Shown here: piece after piece, positions 38,748 to 47,402 of the stretch
How positions within the stretch are numbered: the first letter of the stretch is position 1
How the letters are laid out: each line of letters starts with the position of its first letter
Source: a phage
Length of the DNA stretch: 64,000 bases
Sequence record: PZ445527.1
Strand: one strand, 5' to 3'
Notes under the pieces: model-generated
Databases searched by the model: none
Told to the model about the DNA's origin: nothing
What the model saw: only the letters and a program-made list of their open reading frames with translations
Made by a program: the position numbers and the translations under genes

Positions 38748-40587
38748 AGATGAATTGATTAGAAACTGCAAAGAAATTATTGAGGGTTCTGCTGATGAAG
38801 AGCTTCTCTTTAATAATGCGAATAAACCCTCTGAGCGTTTCCCTACACAAAGGGATATGCTTGCAGGGGAATTGAGTAAATATCTGATTCTAGAAGAAAT
38901 GCCAATTCAGATTCGAAATGCTCATATGATTGGAGATATTCATTTCCATGATGCTGACTATGCTGCATTAGGCATGACTAACTGTTGCCTAGTAGCCCTG
39001 GAAGATATGTTGAAAAATGGTATGAAAGTTGGTAATGCTGAAATTAGTACACCAAATTCTATTACTACTGCGGCGGCTATTACTGCTCAGATTATCACTC
39101 AGGTTAGCTCCCATCAGTATGGTGGTACTTCTGTAGATCGCCTTGATGAAGTATTAGCCCCTTATGTTCGTAAGTCCTATGATAAAAATCATGCGTTTGC
39201 AAAACGTTGGACTAAGGATGAAGCTAAAGCATCTGTAATGGCTACGGAGATGACTGAAAAAGAAGTCTATGACGCTTGCCAGGGTTTAGAATATGAAATC
39301 AATACCATGTTCAACTCTAACGGTCAGAGTCCATTTATTACCTTTGGTTTTGGTCTAGGAACTTCTTGGGAAGCACGTCTAGTACAGAAAGCAATACTGA
39401 AAGTACGCATGGATGGTTTAGGTATCAATAAACGTACAGCTATCTTCCCGAAACTGGTATTTGTACTTCGTGATGGCGTAAATATGAAACCAGGGGATGT
39501 TAATTATGACATCAAGAAGTTAGCTATGAAATGTACTGCTGAACGTATGTATCCAGATTATATCAGCTATGATAAGGTTGTGGAAGTTACTGGAGACTAT
39601 AAAGTTTCTATGGGCTGCCGTTCATTCCTAGCTGCTGCAGAAGATGGTGAAACTGCCGGTCGTAATAACTTAGGTGTTGTTTCTGTAAACTTGCCTAGAA
39701 TTGCTATCGAAGCTGAAGGAAATATTGACCTATTCTTTGATTTGCTTGAGCTACGTGTAGATACAGCATTAAAAGCGTTGGAGTGGAGAGTTGATCGCTT
39801 AAAATACATTCAAGCTAAAGCTGCACCCATCCTCTATATGTCAGGAGCCTTTGGATTACGCTTAGGGCCTGATGAATATGTATTCGATCATTTCTATAAC
39901 CGTGCTTCTGTATCTCTAGGGTATATTGGTTGCCATGAAATGCTACAGTTCATGTTTGGCAAAGATGTAGACACAATGTCCGAGACCTGCATCAAGTTTG
40001 TTCAGCGTGTATTGCAGTACATGCGGGATAGAGTCGATCAGAAGAAGGAAGAAACTAAGTTAGGTTATAGCCTGTATGCTACACCATCAGAGTCCCTATG
40101 TGATCGCTTTTGTCGTCTAGACCGTGAATATTTCCCGGAGCATGAAGATATTCTGTCCAAAGGATACTACACTAACTCTCACCACCTTGATGTGGAACGT
40201 AAAGTTGCCCCTAACGTGAAATTTGATTATGAATCTAACTTTACTCCGATTGCTTCTGGTGGGTGTATCTCTTATGTAGAACTACCAGATATGAAACGAT
40301 TCCCGGATGCACTGGAATGGGTTATTAATTATGCTGCTAGTAAGGTTCATTACTTCGGTATTAATACTCCAGTGGATTCCTGTGGTAAATGTGGATTCTT
40401 AGGTGAAACAGTAGCATCCGAAGATGGATTCAAGTGCCCTATCTGTGGTAATCATGACCCTGAAACTCTTGAAGTAACTCGTCGAGTTTGTGGGTATCTT
40501 GGAAATCCAGGTGCTCGTCCGTTTAACCCAGGAAAACAACATGAGGTTATGGGCAGGGTGAAACATCAGGATATTCGAGCTAAATAA
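38740..40587 (+). CDS. nrdD: anaerobic ribonucleoside-triphosphate reductase (class III, 615 aa)
   Basis: C-terminal Zn site CGKCG...CPICG and glycyl-radical motif RRVCGYLG. Confidence 0.9.
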   Translation: MNKDELIRNCKEIIEGSADEELLFNNANKPSERFPTQRDMLAGELSKYLILEEMPIQIRNAHMIGDIHFHDADYAALGMTNCCLVALEDMLKNGMKVGNAEISTPNSITTAAAITAQIITQVSSHQYGGTSVDRLDEVLAPYVRKSYDKNHAFAKRWTKDEAKASVMATEMTEKEVYDACQGLEYEINTMFNSNGQSPFITFGFGLGTSWEARLVQKAILKVRMDGLGINKRTAIFPKLVFVLRDGVNMKPGDVNYDIKKLAMKCTAERMYPDYISYDKVVEVTGDYKVSMGCRSFLAAAEDGETAGRNNLGVVSVNLPRIAIEAEGNIDLFFDLLELRVDTALKALEWRVDRLKYIQAKAAPILYMSGAFGLRLGPDEYVFDHFYNRASVSLGYIGCHEMLQFMFGKDVDTMSETCIKFVQRVLQYMRDRVDQKKEETKLGYSLYATPSESLCDRFCRLDREYFPEHEDILSKGYYTNSHHLDVERKVAPNVKFDYESNFTPIASGGCISYVELPDMKRFPDALEWVINYAASKVHYFGINTPVDSCGKCGFLGETVASEDGFKCPICGNHDPETLEVTRRVCGYLGNPGARPFNPGKQHEVMGRVKHQDIRAK

Positions 40588-40594
40588 GCTAATC

Positions 40595-40628
40595 AGCCAG
40601 GTTGCTAGTCGACCTGGCTTTTATTTTA
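40595..40628 (+). terminator. rho-independent terminator after nrdD
   Basis: AGCCAGGT-9 nt-ACCTGGCT stem followed by TTTTATTTTATTT. Confidence 0.8.
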
Positions 40629-40629
40629 T

Positions 40630-40658
40630 TTGCTTTCAGCTAAAAATATATGTATAAT
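40630..40658 (+). promoter_or_regulatory. T5-type early promoter (TTGCTT-17-TATAAT)
   Basis: Hexamers read directly; leader AGATTTATAAATTTGAGAGGAG. Confidence 0.8.
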
Positions 40659-40686
40659 AGATTTATAAATTTGAGAGGAGAAGACT

Positions 40687-41067
40687 ATGAAAGTAAAACC
40701 CTATATAGTTGAGTCTACGTGCGGGAGTTTCCATCTAGGAGTGGATGATATTGCAGAAGCTATCTTTGCTGCTACAGGTGATTACTCCCATATAGGGGGT
40801 GCTGCATACCCCACCGTTATTGGTGATTGGGCGGAAACAAATCTAGATGTATCACCATATAGCTCACATTGCTTGTTTGATGAAGACAGAGATGAGGTAA
40901 AATGTAATCTTGAATTTGTATACAATAGAGTACTAAAAGTCTATCAACACAGTGTTGAGGGATATGAAGATATTACTGGAAGTATTAAACAATATCTTAA
41001 AGATGTATACTCTAATTTTTCTGATGAAGACCTGGAAACAGTTGCAGTGGAGTTTAATAATGACTAA
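40687..41067 (+). CDS. hypothetical acidic protein (126 aa)
   Basis: First ORF after promoter 40630..40658. Confidence 0.6.
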   Translation: MKVKPYIVESTCGSFHLGVDDIAEAIFAATGDYSHIGGAAYPTVIGDWAETNLDVSPYSSHCLFDEDRDEVKCNLEFVYNRVLKVYQHSVEGYEDITGSIKQYLKDVYSNFSDEDLETVAVEFNND

Positions 41068-41293
41068 GAATGTGAAACACCTTAAATATCGCTTAATCTA
41101 TAACGGACGTATGGAAACTGAAGAGCTAGCTCAATTAGCTATTAACTCTAGTGAGGTTATGGTGCGTGCGCTAGCAATTGAAAAGTTGCGTGCTTCTTAT
41201 GAAAGCCGTATTATGCAACTGGAGGAAACCCTTTATGGGCTTCTTGAATCAGAAGCTAAAAGCAACCCAGAGGATAGACCTACTAAGCAATAA
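41060..41293 (+). CDS. hypothetical protein (77 aa)
   Basis: ATG 41060 overlaps the upstream stop (AATGACTAA). The track's 113-aa version overlaps the previous gene. Confidence 0.5.
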   Translation: MTKNVKHLKYRLIYNGRMETEELAQLAINSSEVMVRALAIEKLRASYESRIMQLEETLYGLLESEAKSNPEDRPTKQ

Positions 41294-41347
41294 AAGGTAT
41301 GCATATTATGGAATAATTTTACCCCAAAACATTATCGAAGGATTTAA

Positions 41348-42187
41348 GTGAGGAACTGTACAGTGCGTAGATTAATTATTATTAGCGGTGCAGGTTTGAG
41401 CGTTGAAAGTGGTGTACGAGCCTTCCGTACTGATACTGCTAGTGGTAAAGCATTGTGGGATGATTATGACTTAGAAGAGGTATGTAATATTCATGCCTTT
41501 CGTGGTAATTTTTATCATAAAACCCATATGTTTTACAACAAGCGTCGTGAAGAGCTAAAAACTATTGAACCCAATCTTGCGCATCTTCGTATTGGTGAGT
41601 GGTATAAACAATACCCAGGTCAAGTAGTAAACTTGACTACTAACGTCGATGACCTTATTGAGCGTGCTGGCGTTCCGCATAGTGACATTCTACATATTCA
41701 TGGGTATTTAAAAGAGGTTGTTGTAGCTGACAGCTACAATAGCAGTAATAAACGAGTTATTGATGTTGGGTATAGCTCTATTGACCCAGATGATTATAAA
41801 TGGGTTAAACCTAATGTAATCTTCTTTGGTGAGCATGCTCCAGCGTACGCAGAAATGTACAATATTTTTGATGGTATTACCAGTCAAGATATGATCGTTG
41901 TAGTTGGTTGCTCTAACCAAGTAATTAACTTCTACTGGGAATTATTCCCTGTTCTTAATTTGACTGCTGCCAAATTAATGGTAGTTAACTACTATGATAG
42001 TGCCCTAGCGACAGAGCCAGGCTATCAAGGTATGACTCGTAGTGAGATGTACCAGCTGGAAGAACGCGGTATCCCTTACTGGAGTAAAGGGGCTGTAGAT
42101 GCCTTCAGTGACCCTGATTTTATTACTCGTGTAGAAGCTCATCTAGAGGGTAGACCTTATATGCCGGGGAAACAAATATGTCCATAA
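41348..42187 (+). CDS. Sir2-family NAD-dependent deacylase / ADP-ribosyltransferase-like protein (279 aa)
   Basis: Sirtuin motifs ISGAGLSVESGVRAFR, TTNVDDL and a catalytic His in LHIHGYL. Start is GTG 41348 or GTG 41363. Confidence 0.75.
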   Translation: MRNCTVRRLIIISGAGLSVESGVRAFRTDTASGKALWDDYDLEEVCNIHAFRGNFYHKTHMFYNKRREELKTIEPNLAHLRIGEWYKQYPGQVVNLTTNVDDLIERAGVPHSDILHIHGYLKEVVVADSYNSSNKRVIDVGYSSIDPDDYKWVKPNVIFFGEHAPAYAEMYNIFDGITSQDMIVVVGCSNQVINFYWELFPVLNLTAAKLMVVNYYDSALATEPGYQGMTRSEMYQLEERGIPYWSKGAVDAFSDPDFITRVEAHLEGRPYMPGKQICP

Positions 42188-42360
42188 TTAAATCTGTGTA
42201 TACACACCCTGATGATATATTTGTATGGGCGGATGGTAGTTGGTGCTATCGCTGTGAGCTGTGGGAAATGGACTATAAATCCGATGACTATGGTGTCATA
42301 TATGTTGATACGGTTGAGTATGATACGTTCTTAGAAAGGGACAAAAGTGGAAATAAGTAA
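42178..42360 (+). CDS. hypothetical protein (60 aa)
   Basis: Overlapping junctions with both neighbours. Confidence 0.45.
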   Translation: MSIIKSVYTHPDDIFVWADGSWCYRCELWEMDYKSDDYGVIYVDTVEYDTFLERDKSGNK

Positions 42361-42854
42361 TACTCCGATTATTTTTCTAGACATTGATGGGGTGCTCAAT
42401 TCGAGCATCTCCCACCATCATGCACCTGATGATGAAAAGATTTTCTTTGGAAGTGACTGGGTTTTCAAACCGCTTCTCAAGGCTTTTCAGGACTTTATTC
42501 GTCCTTCTCCGATAATGATTGTTGGAGTATCCTCATGGTTCTCTGTCAGGAATGAGGTGGAGAACGTTCACATTATGACCGGATTAGGTCTTATCGATCG
42601 TTTTCTAGGTACAACGGATTTTACAGGGGGGTGGATTATCTAGGGGTAATTCTGTTCTTCGTTTCGTTGAAAAGCATAAGCTCAAACATTGGTGTGTGCT
42701 GGATGATGCTGGTGCTATGATGTATCAGTATCCAACAGTTATAGTCAATGGTAGGACTGGGATAAATCTTCAAGATTTAAAAGCTGTTAGCTATATGCTA
42801 GAATTTAGCCCAGATCTTGAAATGTGTAAATCCTTACAACAATTTAAGGTGTAA
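42347..42854 (+). pseudogene. HAD-superfamily phosphatase-like gene disrupted by a +1 frameshift in a G6 run
   Basis: Frame A (IIFLDIDGVLNS, HAD motif I) stops at 42641..42643. The next frame continues GGLSRGNSVLRFVEKHKLKHWCVLDDAG to 42854. Deleting one G at 42626..42631 restores one ORF. Confidence 0.7.
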
Positions 42855-42856
42855 AT

Positions 42857-43285
42857 ATGTTCAATAATGTATTCTCTAAAGAAGCTAACCCAATTTTGGT
42901 TAACTTTTGGCGTACTCTTCCAGCCAACCTATACAATGAGGCTATTAATGCTCTGAAAATATGGTGTGAGAATAATGAAATCTCCTTTGCTTTTAAAGGT
43001 GAGATTGAAGAGGCTCCGTGTATTGGTTTAATTGTGCAGGTGGAGGATGGTCTTGAAGAGATTGTCGGCTGGAAAGAGTTAGATGAAATGGGCTTGGTTT
43101 TTGCATTAAACTATAAGCTGTTTATGCCTAATAAACACCGTATTGTTGTTAATTATAAAACCAGTGAATCTCCTGGTTTTCAAGTTAATGAACGGTATGG
43201 TTGGTCTTACTCACCAGAAGAGGTAAATGATGGTATCCAAAAACTTCGCCGTTTTGGTTATCAAATTCCGGGTTTAACTGCCTAA
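42857..43285 (+). CDS. hypothetical protein (142 aa), paralog A
   Basis: Shares PCIG...W.EL..MGL..ALN..LF.P...Y.P......L.R.G...PGL with the next ORF. Confidence 0.6.
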   Translation: MFNNVFSKEANPILVNFWRTLPANLYNEAINALKIWCENNEISFAFKGEIEEAPCIGLIVQVEDGLEEIVGWKELDEMGLVFALNYKLFMPNKHRIVVNYKTSESPGFQVNERYGWSYSPEEVNDGIQKLRRFGYQIPGLTA

Positions 43286-43294
43286 GGAGGCACA

Positions 43295-43681
43295 ATGGAA
43301 CAAGTATATTGGCGTCAGATTGATCCTAGTTTAGTGAAGCGTGCAGAGAAGCTGCTACAACGTTGGTTGGGGGTAAGACAAGCCTCCTTCACTTTTCCGG
43401 AGCAGCAAACGGATGATCCCTGTATTGGTGTTTTCCTATCAGGCTACGCTAGGGAATTGGATTGGAATGAGTTGTCTGCTATGGGTTTAATTGTTGCACT
43501 AAATTTCTTTTTGTTCCATCCACGTGGTTTGGCCATATGTCGTGTGCCTGATGACGGTTGTTCGCCCCATCTTTTACAGGTGAAAGATGATACTTGGGAG
43601 TACACTCCAGATATTCTCAAAGAAGCCAAAGAACAATTGAATCGTGTTGGAATCTATGTTCCAGGCCTGAATGATGAATGA
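43295..43681 (+). CDS. hypothetical protein (128 aa), paralog B
   Basis: RBS AAGGAGG. Collinear similarity to ORF 42857..43285. Confidence 0.6.
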   Translation: MEQVYWRQIDPSLVKRAEKLLQRWLGVRQASFTFPEQQTDDPCIGVFLSGYARELDWNELSAMGLIVALNFFLFHPRGLAICRVPDDGCSPHLLQVKDDTWEYTPDILKEAKEQLNRVGIYVPGLNDE

Positions 43682-43704
43682 TTTTTATTAGCTGAACTCT
43701 AATT

Positions 43705-43732
43705 GCCGAGTCATTTTGGCTCGGTTTTCTCT
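43705..43732 (+). terminator. rho-independent terminator
   Basis: GCCGAG-9 nt-CTCGGT stem followed by TTTCTC. Confidence 0.6.
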
Positions 43733-43772
43733 ATGCTCAAAGACACTGGTAGCAGCCCCTGGAAAAATCTAC

Positions 43773-43801
43773 TTGCATGATGCTCAAAATCTTGATATAA
43801 T
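43773..43801 (+). promoter_or_regulatory. T5-type early promoter (TTGCAT-17-TATAAT)
   Basis: Hexamers read directly. The leader has GAGAGA but no ORF for about 600 nt. Confidence 0.75.
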
Positions 43802-44395
43802 ATTTATATTGAATTGAGAGACATTAGTAAAAATTGATTTTGCTAATTTTTCTTAGTGAAGCTGACAAGGGATTTACGGCGAGAGGAATCGATGACCCGT
43901 AAATAGCTGCATAAGGTACGTTGCTAGAGCTTTACGAAAAAGTTTTTTCTTGTTTACAATCCGCGATACGGAACAGTTAGGCTGCCCCATTAAGGGTTGT
44001 TTTAACTATTACTAGTGTTTATATTGCATTAGTTAATCTTCAATTAAGTGATCTGTGTACCCTGAATTCGGAAAGGTAAATCCAAACCGTGCATATTTAG
44101 CTCGTTATATAGGCAGAGTTTTATATGGGGGTGCGAACGAAAAGAGCAGCGAATGGCGGCACGTACAGTAGTCACCTACCAATAGGATAGTGAGGACAAA
44201 TAGAATCGGCTTAGCGGCCAATGACCTAGGTTCTATTCTGTATATGAGCGAAGAGAGCACAGCACTGAGATATGATAACTTATTCATATTGTTTGATGAT
44301 AATTGATGTTTACGTAAATAGTAGTAATAGTTGTTCTATTCTTTCTGAATAGTCCTAAAGAAAAGATTTCGATTAACCAACACAGGAGTATTATT
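43802..44395 (+). other. about 600-nt non-coding, repeat- and palindrome-rich region (long 5' UTR, ncRNA or candidate origin)
   Basis: No credible ORF on either strand. Contains the hairpin ATTTACGG/CCGTAAAT, CGTAAATAG twice, the palindrome TTTACGTAAA and TTCTATTCT-type repeats. Confidence 0.5.
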
Positions 44396-47185
44396 GTGTT
44401 TTCTATCCTCCAAGGTCACGCCGGGTTTTCTCGTGATTTAGCAACAGGTATTTGGCGAGAAATCAAAGCGGAAGATTATACCTTTGCCAAGCGATTCTCG
44501 AAAGAGCATCCAGAAGGTAAACCAGCTTCTATGCCCTTCAAATTTGATGTAATAGAAGAGCACGACCCACAAAGCCTTGCAGAAATGTTACCACTTATGA
44601 GACGTTTAACGTCTGACCCTCATATCGTTGCGGTACGAGGTCGATGTCTTGCACCTAAAAATAATGTGCGACGTAAGAAAGATAACTTTAATGTATCTAA
44701 TCCTAGTAATATTATTGCTATGGACGTGGATGGTATCCTAGATACCGGTGGGTACGACAAATTTAACCTTGTTGGTATGGCCCGCCACATTATTAAGATG
44801 TTGAATAGTATTAGTGAGGATATGTTTCCTCTTGATGCAGGCTTTATAGCTCATGCATCGTCTTCGGCTGGGCTAAAACCAGGTATCCGAATGCACTTAA
44901 TGCTAGAATCTAACGTCAAGGTAACTCAGGGTCAGCTAAAGTTCTTATTTACATCTATCAATGATAGTAGTAAGCAAAAATTTGGTTTTGATATTGCCGA
45001 CCTAGCTTATTATTCATCTGTCCAGCTCCACTATTTTGCCAACCCCTTATTTAGCGATGGTATTGTTGATCCGTTTAAAGCGGAGAGTAAGCCACGTCTG
45101 GTGTATGTTAAAGGTTCGAAAGTAAATTTGCCCAATAATCTGGTTGACTATGAAACAACTAGAGGGGAGTTTAAAGAGGAATTCTACTCTTTACTCGATC
45201 AAATTAAAGGCAAAAAGATTGCTTCCGATAAAGTAGAAGAAACCATTAGCGAGTTAGAAGAGGCTGATGATGGAGTGTACTTGCGTATTATCCCCAAACT
45301 ATACCATAGAGCATTAGAGGATGGTGTTGATTTTGAATGGCTAGAACGTGAGATTAAACCAGCTTTATCTGAATATATTGCAACTAAAGATAACAGCCGT
45401 AATATTCAAGATTACTTTAATAACGGTCGTAAGCAGGCTCTCAAAGCGTTTGTTAATAATTCTAAACGTGAGATTCCATTAAATCTGAAAGGTGTTCCAC
45501 TTAAGAAATTAGAAGTGGATTCTCCACCAGAAGTTCCATACCTGAAGATTAACATTGTGCCCCCAAAAGGCCATATAACATTTGTTAAGGCAAGTCTTGG
45601 TACTGGTAAAACTACGGCAGTAACTAAATGGCTGGACGCAGGTGTTCTTCCGGGCAACTTTTTAGCAGTTACAAATACTAGAGCACTGGTATCTTCAAAT
45701 GCTAAGAAATTTAGTGCAGGACAATATGATAAGTCTGTAGATATGCTTAATTTTAAACGTGGAGCTATTGATCGTATGTCCACAACTATTCACTCTTTAC
45801 ATAAGTTCAAAAGTTTTATTGGGCAAATAGACACCATTTTTATTGATGAATGTGACGCTGTAATGAATGACCTATTATTCGCCCCAGTTGTTAAGCAACG
45901 TCGCGAGTGTATTCAAGTTCTACGTGACATCCTCATGACAGCTAAGACTGTAATCTTATCCGATGGTGATATTAGTGCGGAAACAATTGAAGCATATGGT
46001 TCTTTGATTGAGTTCGATAAACCAGTTGCATTCTATAATCATCACCGTAAGATGCTGTCAAAAGCTCATGCTTATGAGTTCCCTGATGAATCTAGTATTT
46101 GGGTTGCACTTCAGACCTCTCTAGAGATGGGTGAGAAATCTATTCTGGTATCTGATTGTGGGCCGGATGAACTGAATGAGAAGGGCATGGCGTTGCGTCG
46201 TAATACGGGTGCGTTAGTTAAGGAAATCCACTCAAACTCTACGTCTGATGTAGATATTCGACGTATTCTGGATTACACAACTAATGAGTTAATTGACCAA
46301 CAAATTGATTGCTTATTATGTAGTCCATCCGTAACGAGTGGTGTTGACTTCAACTATTTTGATAACGTATTCGTTATTACTAGAACCTCAAACCAAGCGC
46401 CAAACATGCGTTTTCAAGCAATCAGGCGCGACCGTGGTGCTCAGAATATCTATTATTTTATTGATAAATCCACTAGTGGGTTCTCTGCAGGTTCTGAACA
46501 ATATAATATTGATGAAGGTTGGCTGGAGTTAGCACAGCAATTATACGCACGTCGCAGAGAGCTGGAATCTAGGAACTATACTAGTACTTTACGTTATTAT
46601 TTGCTTGATCAGGGTGCAACTATTGATATTTTCAGCGAAAGCTGGGGAACTATTGAAGGTGCTGGTAAAGAGTACACAGAAGAGCGAATCAAAGCTATTC
46701 TGCACTCAACTCCTGATTATTGTGCTCCACGTCATGCGGATGCGTATGAAGCTAAACTACTTCTTGTCCGCTATTATCATCTTGAGTCTATTAAAGATGT
46801 AACAGTTGAGCATGTTGAACAATATATCAAAGATAAGCCGAATGATCGAGCTGCATTCTTCCATAAGATGCACGAGATGTTCTGGGAAGATATTAAGAAG
46901 TGTTCAAATGTGACCATTAAACCATTCATAGAAGCTCTGAAGGGTAAGAAGAAGGACTTCTTCCTTAAAACAGGTCAGAGTGCTAACCCAAAATATGCTA
47001 GAATGTATCTTGGTATGATGGGTATTGGTAAGGATATGAACACTGAAAATATTGTAGACTGGTACAGAACCTATTGTAAAATCGAGTGTATGCCAATTCC
47101 TTTCAAATTCATGACAGAGGAAGAGAAGGCTATGGCAGAAGAAGTAATGTCAGAGCTAGGTGCTAGAAATGACAGTGAAGAATAA
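44396..47185 (+). CDS. large P-loop helicase, putative replication-initiation / origin-binding protein (929 aa, GTG start)
   Basis: AGGAG plus 7 nt plus GTG. Walker A ASLGTGKTT and Walker B IFIDECDA, with an N-terminal domain of unknown fold. Confidence 0.7.
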   Translation: MFSILQGHAGFSRDLATGIWREIKAEDYTFAKRFSKEHPEGKPASMPFKFDVIEEHDPQSLAEMLPLMRRLTSDPHIVAVRGRCLAPKNNVRRKKDNFNVSNPSNIIAMDVDGILDTGGYDKFNLVGMARHIIKMLNSISEDMFPLDAGFIAHASSSAGLKPGIRMHLMLESNVKVTQGQLKFLFTSINDSSKQKFGFDIADLAYYSSVQLHYFANPLFSDGIVDPFKAESKPRLVYVKGSKVNLPNNLVDYETTRGEFKEEFYSLLDQIKGKKIASDKVEETISELEEADDGVYLRIIPKLYHRALEDGVDFEWLEREIKPALSEYIATKDNSRNIQDYFNNGRKQALKAFVNNSKREIPLNLKGVPLKKLEVDSPPEVPYLKINIVPPKGHITFVKASLGTGKTTAVTKWLDAGVLPGNFLAVTNTRALVSSNAKKFSAGQYDKSVDMLNFKRGAIDRMSTTIHSLHKFKSFIGQIDTIFIDECDAVMNDLLFAPVVKQRRECIQVLRDILMTAKTVILSDGDISAETIEAYGSLIEFDKPVAFYNHHRKMLSKAHAYEFPDESSIWVALQTSLEMGEKSILVSDCGPDELNEKGMALRRNTGALVKEIHSNSTSDVDIRRILDYTTNELIDQQIDCLLCSPSVTSGVDFNYFDNVFVITRTSNQAPNMRFQAIRRDRGAQNIYYFIDKSTSGFSAGSEQYNIDEGWLELAQQLYARRRELESRNYTSTLRYYLLDQGATIDIFSESWGTIEGAGKEYTEERIKAILHSTPDYCAPRHADAYEAKLLLVRYYHLESIKDVTVEHVEQYIKDKPNDRAAFFHKMHEMFWEDIKKCSNVTIKPFIEALKGKKKDFFLKTGQSANPKYARMYLGMMGIGKDMNTENIVDWYRTYCKIECMPIPFKFMTEEEKAMAEEVMSELGARNDSEE

Positions 47186-47402
47186 AAAATGGGAAACAAG
47201 GAAGCTTCCAGTAAAAGAACGTAAAGTTCCTGTTTATGATACTTCGGAAAAGCTATGTAGGGTGGTTCCTGCTAGACTAGCTGGCATCCCTAACATATCC
47301 GAGTGGTTACTTAAACAACGGAGGACTAACGTATCTCTTCGCATAGGGTTTGAGTTAGATAAAGTATATGCTGAACTTTCTTCTTTGCTCAAGGAACAAT
47401 AA
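47169..47402 (+). CDS. hypothetical protein (77 aa)
   Basis: ATG overlapping the helicase 3' end; TAATG junction to the next gene. Confidence 0.45.
   Translation: MTVKNKKWETRKLPVKERKVPVYDTSEKLCRVVPARLAGIPNISEWLLKQRRTNVSLRIGFELDKVYAELSSLLKEQ

Noticed and set aside
40687-41067. NrdG-like activase role for the ORF immediately downstream of nrdD
   Set aside because: The 126-aa protein has no CxxxCxxC cluster and is separated from nrdD by a terminator and a new promoter, so it was kept as hypothetical.
44105-44287. 60-aa minus-strand ORF inside the 600-nt non-coding region
   Set aside because: It has no RBS, lies on the opposite strand to the whole arm, and is at the length expected by chance. 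The region is treated as non-coding.
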